A model generated the notes under the pieces. That model did not search any database and had not been told where the DNA came from. It worked only from the letters and a program-made list of their open reading frames with translations. DNA of 64,000 bases. Origin: Yuukianura sp. NJ FZ-2021. Taxonomy: Eukaryota. Positions 43,310 to 56,860 of the stretch are shown here, one piece after another; within the stretch, counting starts at the first letter, position 1; each line of letters opens with the position of its first letter. The translations under genes and the position numbers were made by a program. The stretch is taken from positions 3,348,001 to 3,412,000 of the forward strand of contig CM102283.1 in the NCBI GenBank assembly GCA_046563655.1. Reading direction: 5' to 3'.

Positions 43310-45110
43310 TTAAATATTCATGGTTTCGGGATCATACGGGGGTGGAGCTTCCCATACTTCGTCTGATTTTACATACTGCTCAATTGCTTGTAGCGAACTG
43401 TAGGCTGGCGGCGGGGGAAGTTGATCTGTAGAAGCGGGAATTCTAAATCCCATTTGAATTGCATTGGGGTCACGTGCTATTTGGTTTTCAAGGTCTCGTG
43501 GTCCAGGAGTCCGGGCATTTCTAGGAACTGGAAGAGTGTAGACTACTCTTGGTCCAGGCGTAGCTGATGTTCCGCCTGCGGACACAAAATTAAGTTGGTA
43601 TTACTAGTGTTGCTGCATATCCACTTTTTCAGCATTTCGTCCAGGATATATCCACTGGATAAACGGATAAATCCGGATGAAATCACGTTTCCGATGGACG
43701 AAATTGAGTTTCGTCCGGAAGAAACCACAAAAATCCGGATATATCCAATACTTTCGAGGGGAGTGGAAGAAATATTTTATCCATCCACCAATATTGGGTA
43801 TTACGTTTTCATTACGCTTAAATTACATTTTCTCACGTTCACATTAAATTACTATCGTTCTGCACAGAAGTAATTCCCGAGTTTTGAAAAAAAAACTGCC
43901 AATGAAGCTTCCTTTTGCTCGAGGAAGATTCCTTGGCGGTTTTTTCAAAACTCGGAATTTACTTCTCTGCAGAACGATATTATACACTTTGTTTAGAGTA
44001 CGTTTAAGTCGCGTGAATTACGTTTACCCCGACAAACACCAGCTCGATGGCATCATGCCGGTTAGGTGATGGAATGATGGCATTCTGCTGGCACCGAGTC
44101 CGCCATTACGACCATGCGTAGTCCCAGTAATATATCGGTGCAATGAAGTGTTACGTGAGTTTAGTGCCAGCAATTAAGGCTGAATTCAGGACTGTACGCG
44201 CTGGTACTTTACAGCGGAGAGATGCAATGCCGACTTTACTGGTCAACAGCATCTCTCCGGTACCAAGCCAATATAAGTTAAAAAAGGTGTTTTACATTTA
44301 TTATGCCGGTATATTTCCAGTGTTGGGCCATCATGTGGATCTGAAAATGTTTCCCGCCACTTTCAACAATGGGATATATTTGAGGTTGGATAAAAAAAGG
44401 AGGTGTTGCATCATCTTTTTATGCTCAATTGCGCTTTTCAGTAGTATACTTGTACTCAGTTTGTCATTTAATAATTGAGATGACTCAGTTTAAGTACGCA
44501 GTTGTTCTGTTCACTGTTGACAATTCCACTTCCGTTGTAGCAAGACATGCATGTAATGTACATTACATGCATGTCTTGCCTTGCATCTTTTACACTATGA
44601 AGTTAATTTTTGTTACGTCGAGGACTTCTTCAAAGTTTTTGAAAAATTCACCTGTTCTTTTACTTTTTGACGTGGCAGAATTTTGAAAAATTCACTTTTA
44701 CACTTACTTTTTGAGGAATTGGAATTCTGAAAAATTCAAACGTACGTACCTGAGGAATTTCGGTAGGGCGACTGACGACGATTTCGTTTTTGATGTAGCC
44801 GACATGCGCAGTTTATAATTATAATGATTGCCAGGATGATCAAAACTATTTCAAAAAGTGACCTGAAAATTATACAGACGTATGAATTTCGAAATCGAGC
44901 ATTTTAGTCATGTAATCTCTTCATCACATGGTCGGCAACAAAATTTGGAAGTCAGAGTTTGACATCATTTTCTTACAGTGGGTCGAATAAAGTGTTACCG
45001 CTGTCACAGTCCTCTCCTGGACATTCTTTTGATTCAAATTGACCTTTGACACAACCAAAACTTAACACTGTCACTAATAGCTCAAACACAATCCAACTCA
45101 AAATATTCAT
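43310..45110 (-). CDS. Small type-I membrane protein with two PPxY motifs; exons 45110-44977, 44862-44750, 43579-43310
   Basis: Spliced product: signal-like MNILSWIVFELLVTVLSFGCVKG, short Cys ectodomain, TM LFEIVLIILAIIIII, basic stop-transfer, PPPPAY and PPPY. Confidence 0.7.
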
Positions 45111-45823
45111 TTTTCAAGTTTTTGTGAAACTATTTGAAAATCGATGCTATTTAGTAACACAATCCACCAATTTGTTAGTTAACAATTAGTAATTCCAATA
45201 TCTGACTAATTGAACTTCAACTTAACTAAAAAAAAGTGGGTGACGTTAGTTTCACGCCATTTGAAACATCCAAGGTCAACCTGTGCTAAATTTTGATGTA
45301 TAGTTTTAGTTTTGTCAACTCGAAATTACGAAAATTATCTTATCTTCATCTTTTTTTACGAATGCGAAAAATTAATACTCATCATCACATGGTGGCAACT
45401 TCAATATTTCCTTAAATAATAGTAACTTTTCTAACTTTACAACTAAAAATTTGGTGTAACTTAAAAAATGTCCAATTTTTTTTTCGAAGAAGAACGTTAT
45501 AAGAATATTCTTGTATCTTCATTTACTTTTTTTCAGTAATGGAAAGTGGGTCGATGAACTTTGGAAGGTCATTGACCTTTGCTAGAATTACAAAGTGATA
45601 ACAATGTGGGAAGTTTTACACTTTAGACAATGGATTCTTGTTCAAATAAACTTTTTTTTCATATCCCTGTTCAAACAAGCACAAAACACTTCAAAAAATA
45701 CCAAATTTTTCTCTTTTTAGTTGTGTCACAATTTACTCGAGTTTATAATAACTTAAACGAAGCAACCCAAAAATCTGAGGCGGGGAGAATTTTTAAAAAA
45801 AAGTTTTGACTAAAAATTTCAAA

Positions 45824-48800
45824 ATGGCTGAAAGATTTGTTCCGTTGGACTCCACTGAAATTGTGACGAAGGAAGTAATTGAAGAAATTTTGGCACAAAG
45901 TTATTCCAATTTGACTTTGATTTCATTTAAAGTGGAACCTGGAACTGACCGTGGAGACAATTACCTGTCGCTCATGTACGCTGTGGAAGTCACCGCGGCT
46001 GAAAAGGTCAAAGGTCACAACGGTCACGACATTGCCCATAACCAAGGTCACAACGATGCGCAGAATCTGTTCAAAATTTCATGGATGTTCAAAACAATTC
46101 CGAGAAATCCACTGCGCCAGTCACAAATTCGCGAAAGTGGATTTTACCACCGAGAAGCCCAAATGTATCAAAAAGTTCTTCCAGAACTTTTTTCAAAATT
46201 TTGGACCAATGAGGATGACTCACTTTTTGCAAAATGCTTGGCCGTAAAGTTATCGCCTCCAGAAGTTGCTACAGCACAGGACTACATTGCTCTGGAAAAC
46301 CTCAAGGTCAAAGGGTAAGACTGAAATATTTTGTTGTCATGACTACGCATGGTTGGTAAGTGCTTTGCTGGTGCTCTGCTTCTAACAAAAGCCACACAGA
46401 AACCATTGTTCCACTTTTCAAAAAAATTTAGTTTTAGGTTTTCCAAATTCTCAGCACATTTTTTCATACAATTTGAAAGTAGGTTTTAGAACTCTGAAAA
46501 GTTTGTAATCACGATACTGCGTCACGACGTTCAAAAATTCGAAATTTCCTGGCACTTCAAGGTATTTCTCAAAAATTTAAAATGTTTAAAAAATTTTTGT
46601 GTTTTTGGAAAGGTAAAAGCTTACAAAAAGGTTAGGTTGATATTTATTTTTTATTTTAGAGTAAATTCGGTTGCCATCGATTTTTCTTTTGAAAATTGTT
46701 TGAAAACTTTGTTTAAAAATTCAAAAACGTCGATTTTAAAAGTTTTTGAGAAGTTTAGTGTTAGGGTGCGGTGGGTTTTAAGCGATTTATCGCTTCTGAC
46801 TTAAACTCCAACTTTTTTGTAATAAAAGCGCCAACCCAACTCGTCGCAATCGGTGACGCTTCGTCTCCCGACCACCAATGGACTTAATGCGACGTCTCCG
46901 ATTGGCTGGACGCCCCAACTCGTCCCACCCTCCACGGTCCCACCAGTCCTCCTCTCAACAGCAAGTGGGACGGCCCCACGGTGGCCCCACCGGAAGAACT
47001 ACCCATACTCCACCACCAGCAGTGACTCCTGCACAGCCTGTTCCTACACCGTTGCCATTTCAGGATCCGTTGACCGTGCCATCTCCGGTCACCAACAACA
47101 ATAACACGACTTTTCCGTGGCGGTTTCACAGCGGTGTGGTCGTGAATTCGAATCGGTCGCGGCGTCAATTGCGACCAAGTCGCAGTTCATACGCGGGACT
47201 CGCGACGCAAAAATCGCACTGCCAAGAATATCCAGAGTCTTGGACCAACTGGCAACAAATTGGAGTCGGCGCAACAGCTTTTGTCGTCTCTTCAGACAAT
47301 ATCGTAAGTTTCAAAATTTTCAAATTTTTTAAAAATTTTCAAATTTTTGAAAAATTTTCAAAAAGTGTTTTTTTTTTTTTTAGAAATTTCCAGTCCATCC
47401 AGTCGTCCTGGCCGGAGCGAGTCCCGTTTTCAAATCGCTGTTCAGCTCATGGCGTCCGCAAAACAGCTCCACTTTTTCGCCCGACTGCTCCACTTTTTCG
47501 CTGGAAGTAGATCATGTCATGCTTGGCTTACTATTGAAGTACATTTACACTGGAGTGTGTCACGTGACGCCCGAAAACGTCGAATCGCTGCTGGACGCTG
47601 CAAATCGCTTCAAGGTCGTCGGAATCATTCAGCGCTGTTGCCAAGTTTTGCACGGAATCCTCACTCCACAAAACTCCGTCAAAATTTACAACGTTGCCAA
47701 ATCCTGTTTGTGCTCCCAACTTCAAACCAACGCCAAAATGTACTTGTTGCACAATTTCAAAGCCGCGATTGACCAATCAGAATTTTTGAATTTGGACTAC
47801 GACGAACTCTCTTCACTTTTGCGTGACGACTGCCTCAATGTCCGCAGCGAAGAACTGGCGTTTTCAGCGATTCAGCGCTGGACAGAGCATGACCCAGAAA
47901 AACGACTTCAGCGATTGGTTGATCTTCTTGGCACAATTCGATTTGGACTCATGCAGCTCTCTTTTTTCAACGACGTCGTCATGACCTGGCAGTACATCGC
48001 TACAAACCCAGTCAGTTTTCAAAATTTTGAACTTTTCTTAAAATTTTTTCGAAAAAGTAAGTTTTTCAAAATTTTTAGACTGTCATAGAGGGACTACTTC
48101 CGGCCCAAATGTTTTTGGCTGCATTTGAAGGCCGAAATGGTAGTGACCTTGACCCGACCGAACCTTTGACCCGCCCACGCGTTCCGTACGAAATTATCTT
48201 CGCAATTGGTGGCTGGAGTGCAGGAAGTCCAACGAGGTTAGGTTTTTTATTATTATTTTTAATTAATTAATTTATTTATTAATTAATTTATTTATTTATT
48301 AATTAATTAATTAATTTATTAACTTAATTATATTTTTAGTTTTATGGAAACTTATGACGTCAGAGCGGATCGTTGGTTTTTGTCACAAGGGTCTGACGTC
48401 ACACCGCGGGCCTACCACGGTCTAGTCACTCTTGGACATTCCATTTACATGATTGGTGGTAATTTTCAAAAAAAAAGTTTCAAAATTTTTGAAGTTCAAA
48501 GTTTTCAAAGTTCGAAATTTTGAAATTTTGAAGGTTTTGATGGAAATGAACACTTTAATACCATGAGATGTTTTGATACAATGACGCGAACTTGGACTGA
48601 GAAGGCCAACATGCATTACCCACGATGTTACATCAGCTGCTGTGTGCTAAGTACGGTTCAAAAATTTGGAAAATGTTTCAAAATTTTAGTTTTTTTTCAA
48701 AATTTTACTTTTTCGTCAAAATTTTGTGTGTAGACGGTCAGATCTATGCCATTGGTGGATTCAACGGACGGATTCGAATGAATTCCGTTGAGCGCTACAA

Positions 48801-51080
48801 TCCGCCCACCAATCAGTGGGAAGTTTGTCCACCAATGACACGGCAGCGATCAGATGCCAGCGCATGCGCTTTGCTTGGGAAAGTCTACGTCGCTGGTGGA
48901 TTCAAGTAAGACTAAAAAAACTTCGAAATTTTGAATTCTGAAATTTTGGTTTTCGAAATTTTGGTATTTTTTGCAGTGGTCAAGAAGTTTTGAACAGCGT
49001 AGAAGTTTTTGATCCGGTCGAAAATCAATGGACTTTTATTCTTCCAATGAAAAGCCCGCGAAGCGGTGTCGTCGTCACTGCTCACAAGAACAAGCTCTAT
49101 GCAATTGGCGGTAAATTCAAAATCCAAAATTTTCAAAATTTCAAAAGTTTTCAAAATTTTGAAAATTTGGTAGGTTTCAATGGGTTTTCCCGCCTTAGTA
49201 GTGCCGAAACCTACGATCCGACTACACCACGTGACTGGGAGTACATCACTGACATGTCAAGTCCAAGAAGCAACTTTGCTGCTGCAATTGTTGACGATAT
49301 GATCTTCGTCATTGGCGGTAAAATTTTAATTTCCAAAATTTGAAAAATTTCAAGATTTTCAAAATTTTCAAAAATTTCAGGTTTCAACGGTACGACGACA
49401 ATTCCGTACGTGGAGTGCTACGACAGCAACCAAAATCTTTGGATCGATGCAGCTCACATGAATTTGAATCGATCTGCACTTGCCGCGTGCGTTCTGCGTG
49501 GTCTGCCCAATGCGCGTGACTTTTCGTACTTGTCACGAGTCCAGGAAATCCTTGGACTCGGAAGTACGAACGATACCGAAGACGAAGACGAACCGAGTCC
49601 GATGGCTACCGATTCCGATTCGGAATCAATGCCATCTCAAGCTTCTTAAAAAAACGAGAAGCAACTTTCAAAATTTTTTGCTCCCGGGGAGATTCGACCA
49701 CCGGCCAATCGGAAGACGACACTTTTGACGCTCTACTTTTGAAATTTATTTGAACGAAGTTAACAATTCTGAAATTCTCGCACCCACTTTCTCAACAAAT
49801 CACGTTTTGACTTGTTTTCCAAATTTTGAAATAATAATTTTCAGTATTTTTTTAAAAACAGCAGAACGTAAATTCATTTTCTTTTGCTTTGCTTTGGCTT
49901 CGCTTTGAAAAAAAATTCAAAAACCTTCTAAAAATAATTTTCGGTTTTAAAATTTTGATGTTTCAGTTTCAAAATGGTTCCAAGGAATACATTTCTTGAC
50001 TTGCAGCAAGCAACTATCACAGTTCAGGCAAGTTTTGTTTTAACCCTTACATACAAGTTAAAGATTTCAAAATTTCAAATTCTTCAAAATTTCATATTTT
50101 TTTTTGGAAACTGGTTTTGAATTTTAGGCTTTGGCAAAATTTCATGCAGCATCTTTTTGCAAATGGGGAGGCGACGGAAATAAAATTTTAGCTGAATTTC
50201 CATTTTTGAAAGAGTCGCAGTGGGTTGAAGAAGAAAAATTGTCACCGCTTTTGGTCAAATCTGTTCTAAACACGTTTGAAAACCTTGAACAACTTTTAGA
50301 ACAGAATGGATTTTTAGAACAAACTGAAAAGTTGAAAACTTTTTGAAAAAACAAACGTTTTTGATCAAATGCATCACATGACTTCTGTTTCAAATCAGTT
50401 TCCTTCTGTTCTAAATCACGGTGACCTCTGGACCAACAATCTTCTATTTTTAGCCAATCACAAAGGTTAGTTTGAAAAGCGCACCAATGCCATTTTGGAA
50501 TTTTCATTTTTTTTTAAATTTTAGGTGAGTCTTTTCAAAAATTGAAAATGGTTGATTTCCAAATTTCAAAAGTTGGATCAAGGGTTTTGGATTTGTCGTA
50601 TTTGTTCTACACAAGTCTTCAGAAGGAAGTACTAAATACGCAGCTTCCGCAACTCCTTCGCATGTACTTTGATGAATTTCATGAGAACATCAAAATTTTA
50701 ACTTTTTCAAAAAACACAGAAATTTTGAAATTCAAATTTGGAGATTTGAGTTGGGAGAACTTTTTAGCAGAATGGACTCAATACAAATTGTATGGTTTCG
50801 TACTGGCCGTGTTCTACGCCCCACCCAGTAATTTAGAAAACTTTTCAAAAATTTAGAATTCTAAAAGTTTCCAAACATGAAAAGAAAATCATCAAAATTT
50901 GGTTTGATACTTGCAGTGCTGGCAGTTGCAGAAAATATTCCTGACATGGAGACTTTGTGCTACGCGGATTTTGAAACAACGAAAAATGAGGAGAACAAAT
51001 TTTCCAATTTACTCCAATCTCCGTATCTACTTTTACGGATTTTCAATTTAGTCGAACATTTTTCAAATTTTCAGAAGTAA
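45824..51080 (+). CDS. Ecdysteroid kinase-like (EcKL/DUF227) gene; exons about 45824-46314, 49967-50027, 50128-50465, 50525-50827, 50916-51080; apparent 1-nt frameshift near 50340
   Basis: GDNYLS, FYHREAQMY, LENLKVKG|FKM, ALAKFHAAS, HGDLWTNN, MVDFQ, DLSYLFYTS. Confidence 0.82.
46878..49649 (+). CDS. KLHL10: BTB-BACK-Kelch protein, KLHL10-like, nested in EcKL intron 1
   Basis: FPVHPVVLAGASPVF, YIYTG, BACK domain, RPRVPYEIIFAIGGWSAGSPT, TYDVRADRW, Kelch repeats, SALAACVLRGLPN. Confidence 0.85.
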
Positions 51081-51141
51081 TAATAACAGAAAGCCTACAG
51101 TCTTCGGAGGTTTTTAAAAAAAAATAGATTAAATACAACTA

Positions 51142-54100
51142 TTATTTCCTTCTCATCTTTTGGTTGAATTTCCTTGCCGCTTTTTTTGGTGGTTCACGTT
51201 TTGAAAACGATTTTTGAGTCCTCTGACCAAAGGATTTTTGAACTCCTCCACTCGATTGTGATTTTGCTCCGCCTCCAGTAGAAGAACTTTTGAACTTGGA
51301 CTGATGCCGAAACTGCCTTGCTGCTTTCACATTCGTCAATTCATCATCAAAATGAGACTTTTTCTTCTTCTTTTTCCCAGTTGAAATTTCCCGCTCTCCA
51401 AAAGCATTTACACCAGCATTTCCCTTGTGTCGTCTACTTCGTTTTGCCGCTCGAGCTTGAAATTCTGCAATTTTCTTCAATTTCAAATTTTCAGCTGCTT
51501 CAGCTGCTGCGTCTCGCTCCTTTGCAGTAAGTCGTTTTCCTTTTAGTCGCTTCGTCTCTGAACATATGAAAACCATTATTAAAAATAACCAAATCAAAAT
51601 TTCAAAAAAGAAAAAGAAAAGTTTTTTGAATTTTGAAACTGAAGATGAGTTACCCTCTGATCGATCTTTATGTGATTGAAACCATTGTCGCTGTCCGTCA
51701 TCACGCTGCTCATCAATTGCTTTTTTCCTTTTCTTCTTGGCAGCTTTGGATTCGAGGCTTTTGATGGCTCTGTTCGCTTCAATTTCTGCTTTTGCTATGG
51801 TTCTCTCTGCCTCTTCTTCGGCCATGATCGATTCAACCTTGGACTCCAAATTCTTCACTTTGTCACGGTACTTGGTTATCATTTCTATAAAAAATTGAAA
51901 GTTTCAAAAAATAAATTCAAATTTTCAAAAAAATAAGTTCAAAATTTCATCCACTCATACCTGTTGGAATGAGACGAGCTTTGACTGGTTGAGTTGCAGC
52001 TTTAGCAACTTGTTTCATGAGACGCCGATCGGATTCTCCAACAAGAGAAACTGCTAAACCGGATCTGCCAGCTCGTGCAGTTCTACCACATCTGTGAATA
52101 TACTGTTCCAGTGTGGGTGGCATCGTGTAGTTCACTACGCTTTGGACACCAGGAATATCCAGACCTAAGTCAAAACAAAAAGTCAAAATGAAAAGTCGGG
52201 CCTAAAAGTCTCAATGAAAAGTCAGCAAAAAGTCGTAATGAAAAGTCAGGACAGAAAAAGTCGAACCTCTGGCAGCGACATCCGTGACGATCAGCACGTC
52301 AACTTCTCCAGTTTGAAACTTTTTGAGTCCCTCCAGACGCTGAATTTGACTCAAGTCACCATGGAGTTCTCCCATCCGAATCCCCATCAGTCCCAGCAAA
52401 ATGTGAAGTCGATGTGCAATTTTCTTCGTAGGAACAAACACCATCGTCTTGGAATGAAAAGTTCGAACAATCAAGGAAGCAAGCATAGCTTCTCTGTCAG
52501 ATTCATTTCGGATTCTAAAAAAAAAAGAAAACATTTTGAAGAAAAAAAAGTTCAAAATTCCCACCCTTTCTGATTTTTTTTTTTGAAAATGGAATCCTAC
52601 CTGACAAATTGTTGGCGTAAGTTGAACGCCACTTGCTTGTTGGAGTCAACAAATATTTTGGCGGGATTTTGAAGTGACACGCTCGCCAAATCTTTCACAC
52701 GATCCGTCATCGTCGCTGAAAACAAAAGCGTTTGCCTCCTTGGACTACACTGACGGATAATCTCCTTCAACTGATCTGCAAACCAGTCATCTAGCATCCT
52801 GTTTCAAAAAAAGTTTCAAAAAAAGGGTAAAACTTTTCAAAATTTGGAAAACTAACCTATCAGCTTCATCTAATATCAGGATTTCAATGGAGTCAAGTGT
52901 AAATGAAGGTGTATTGCCCAAGTGATCAATCAATCTTCCTGGAGTTGCAATTACAATGTCCGGATTTTGTCTTAGGACTTGCTCTTGTGCTTGGACATCT
53001 AAACCTCCAACAGAAAGTCCAACCTGTAACAAAAATTCAAGAAATTTTGAACTTTGAGTCTTAATTTCGATGACTATTTTGAAATCATTACCTGGATTTC
53101 ATTTGAAAATGAAGCTAATTGCTTCGTTACTGTGTAAACTTGGACTCCCAACTCACGCGTCGGTACCAAGCAAAGGACTCGAGTGACAGCCTGTGACCGG
53201 GGCTGGATGATAAGAAAAGACTTCATGAAGATTTTAATCAGCTGATTAATCGATTAATTCAAAAATAACGATTACTTACCTTGTACAAAAGTCGCTCGAG
53301 TACTGGCAGCATATAAGCTGCAGTTTTTCCGGTTCCAGTTGCCGCACACCCACAAATGTCTCTCCCTGCCAGAGCAAGAGGAATTGCTGCAGCTTGAATT
53401 GGAGTCGGATGAACAAAGGCAAGTGACGTGATAGCCTAATCGTCAACAATGATACAAGTTTTTATCAATTAGCTTGACGTTTACCTAGTTAATTAACTTA
53501 GTAGTAATTAACATGAAAAGTAAATACCTTGAGTAGAGGTCTGGAAAGATTCATCTGATGGAAAGACAGATCAGTTTCAAAGACATAGTCTGGATCACTT
53601 TCCAGAACAGCCACATTGGACTCATCTTGTTCCTCTTCTTCGACCTGATTCTTCCCCTTCTTCTTATGCTTCTTGTCCTTGGTCTTAACACGAAGTTCAT
53701 CTGCTTGCAGTTCGTCATCTGATAGGTCAATGTCATCTAATTCCAGTTTCTTCTTCTTTCCAGCTTTTGATATGGAATCATCCGACTCAAATCCATCTTC
53801 TCCATTTACTAACTTGTCATCGTCAGAAGACTCCGATTCGGACTTGATTTCAATCGTTTCGTTTAGGTCATTGACTCGATTCAATTTCCTCTTGTCAATT
53901 TTCTCATCCAGTGTAGTCCTCTTCGTCAGCTTCTTCAAATTGCTTAGTTTATGAAGCCGTTCTGTCCATGTATCTTGGTTGTACTCGCCAAAGTCAAAGC
54001 CAGGATCGATCCCACCGGCTTTAGCTGATTTCAGGCGCTTTCGTGTGGGTTGAAACTAAACATGAAAAATTACGGGTATAGTAAGTTAGTTTACTTAAAA

Positions 54101-54246
54101 ACTAAAGCAATCATTTGGGGATTGAATTATCAATTGATGAAATTGATTGATTAAATGGTCCAATTTACCTCTTCCTCGGATCCTGAATCTTCTGATAAAA
54201 TGTCAAGGTTGTCTTCGTCATCAATCGTCTTGATCAATTCAGTCAT
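51142..54246 (-). CDS. DDX27: DEAD-box RNA helicase DDX27/Drs1
   Basis: [55 protein letters not shown]. Confidence 0.93.
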
Positions 54247-55026
54247 TTTGGTAGCAAGCAATACTACTAAAGGCCGTCAGTCGCAAATAGTAATTCTGGA
54301 ATAAACCAAAAGCAATTGCCATTGATGGTCCTAATTACGTAATTAATTAATTAATTAATTAACTTACCTCTAATTATTTATAAATTAGTAAAATAAACGC
54401 TTATTTACGTTCCAGTTTTGTGGTAACTGGTAAGTGTTGAGTATAGAAAAAAAAATTATAAAAATAAAACTGTTTGAAACATGTGGTGATATGAGTTTGG
54501 CGCCAGAAAAGTTTCGGGGCAGAATAAGACATTAGTTTAGAGCTTTCGTATTTGTGTGTACAATAAGCATTTTGTTTCTCCCAATAATTCTGTTTTTGTC
54601 ATATGATAGTAGTAATAATATATTTTTATAATTATATATTTATACTGATTCGAGGTAAATTAATATTTAGAGTAATGTCAATTCATTACAATAGTATTAT
54701 GTTTTTGAAACGGTATTGTTCAAACATTTCTTTGTTTACGGTGGGTTTCGATGCGCGCGCAACCTCCTTGTTCAAAAGTCAGCCAGTCGTTTTTCGTTTT
54801 AATTTCTTGTTTATCCGTATCCGTGCATTGTTATCGTGTTATTCGCAACTGATTACTAATTTAATTGATGATGAATTGAATTCTTGCATTGTGAGTGACA
54901 TTAAGGGGCCCAACTGCTTAAACAATCTGGGAAAACGTAACTGGTAACGTATAGTTTTACTGAACTTCTAACTTATTAATCTTCTGAAACATAATTCAGT
55001 TCGTGTCTGATTAAATCTAATTAGCG

Positions 55027-56435
55027 ATGGAGGTAAAGCAGGAAAAAACGGATGACCCGAAGGAAACTATTGGTGAGAAGGAAGTTAAGGAATCGGAAGA
55101 AGTCACTGCAGCAGCAGCAATCTTGGATGCAGCAGAACCGATTAAACAGGAAGTTGAGGAAGAAGAACATTCGGATGATGAGGTATAACGGGCCGTTACT
55201 AACGGCAAAATCATACTAGTATAAAATGTGTACGTTATTTAAGTTTCAACGATGTATTCTTTACAACTTCTAGTTCAAACCGTTGAGGAAACGTTTCAAG
55301 CCAGGCGAAAAGCCCACTGTACTTGAGCAGATTGACTTGAACTACGATCCTCCAATTGTTGGACCAAAAACTGCCCTTCAGTGCTTGTCAGATCGTCGCC
55401 GACTAGCTGAGTACCATGAGGTCATGCGGGCCAATGGACCTGAGCGATGCCTGGAGTATAACTTTGTTTCTCCCTCAGTACCTCCAGTCGTCCTGTGAGT
55501 CGTACTGAATACTACCTCAATTACTAATTGAATGAGTAAGATCAATTACTCACTGTTTTCTATTCTTGAAGGAACGTCGTGTCAGCGGCTGGGATTGGTA
55601 TGCAACTGGATCTCAAGAAAATCATCACACTTTGTAAAAATGTGGAGTACAATCCGAGACGATTTGCTCCCTGCGTCATGCGTATTCGAAAACCTCGATC
55701 AACCTGTCTCATCTTCTCGTCTGGCAGAATGTAAGCTGTGCTCTACCCAACTTAAACTAATCAGCCAACTCAATTACTTCAATTATTGTTATTACTTTAT
55801 TTGTAGGATTGTGTCTGGATGTAAGTCGGAAGCTGACTCGTACATTGCCGTACGCAGATTTGTTCGTATTTTGCAAACCAGAGTGGAACCGACCATCCAG
55901 CACTTGAAGAGTTACGAAATTCAAAACATGTCCGCAAGTTGTACTCTGCCCTTTGGAATTCTCTTGCCCAAAATGGCAGCTTGTGTGGCCAAAGACTGTG
56001 GGCAATTCTACAGGTAAGTACTAGTCAGCATGTAACAATCAAATGATTTCGAAATTTGAAACTTTTTTTTATGTAAAAGTTTTCTACTTTTGCTAAGCAA
56101 ATGGTTCTTGCTTGATTTTTTTTAGCTACGAGCCTGAGTTGTTCCCGGGAATGGTATGGCGCTTGACCGAGCCGAAGGCCAGAATCGTTTTGTTTTCGGG
56201 AGGAGCAATTTTATTTACTGGTAAGCATTACACTCACTGCTAAAGTAGTAGTAGTTACTAAATGTATTTTCTTGAAAGTAAACATTTACGTTAACGTAAA
56301 ATTTACTTAAACGTAAATGTTAAAATGTAAACGATAACAATCAGCATGTACTCTGTTTTAGGACTAAAGTCGGAGGAGCAGTTGCACAAGGCGTTCCAGC
56401 TGATCTACCCTCTCTGTCGCTTCTGTCGCCGCTAA
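55027..56435 (+). CDS. Divergent TATA-binding-protein paralogue; exons 55027-55182, 55274-55494, 55572-55730, 55807-56012, 56126-56220, 56362-56435
   Basis: Spliced core LNVVS...LDLKKI...NVEYNPRRFAPCVMRIRKPRSTCLIFSSGRM...IQNMSASC...SYEPELFPGMVWRLTEPKARIVLFSGGAILFTG...IYPL. Confidence 0.92.
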
Positions 56436-56594
56436 ATTTCAAAAAACAATTAAATATACATAAGACACTCAAACCATGTCAATGGCAATTACTTTTTAAT
56501 TAATTGATTAATGAATTAGTTTCCAGAAGTTACGATTTTTGCATTTCCTATTTGTATTTGTGTAACTGAATTGATCAGTAGCAGATTCCCGAAA

Positions 56595-56860
56595 TTCATA
56601 ATTTGGTTTGATGCTTTTGCAGTGCTTTCAGTCACAGAGCATATCCCTGACGTGGAGACTGAATTTTATGAAGATTGTGAACCAATGTCGAATGAGGCGA
56701 ACAAATTTACAATTTCCTCTAATCTGCATTTCTACTGTTAAGAATTTTGAACTCAGTTGACTACTATTTTAAAAATTTCAAGGAAATTGAACGCATTTCG
56801 AAATACAAAGTAAATCCAACGAACAAAAGAGAATTTACAGTCTTCGAAGGTTTTTTCCAA
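56595..56860 (+). pseudogene. Degenerate copy of the EcKinase last exon and 3' UTR
   Basis: tttggtttgatgc...ttgcagtgct...atatccctgacgtggagact...aacaaattt...acagtcttcgaaggtttt matches 50895-51115. Confidence 0.8.

Noticed and set aside
43640-43800. Small GGATATATCC-rich imperfect palindrome in an intron
   Set aside because: Could be a MITE relic, but I could not define termini or a TSD
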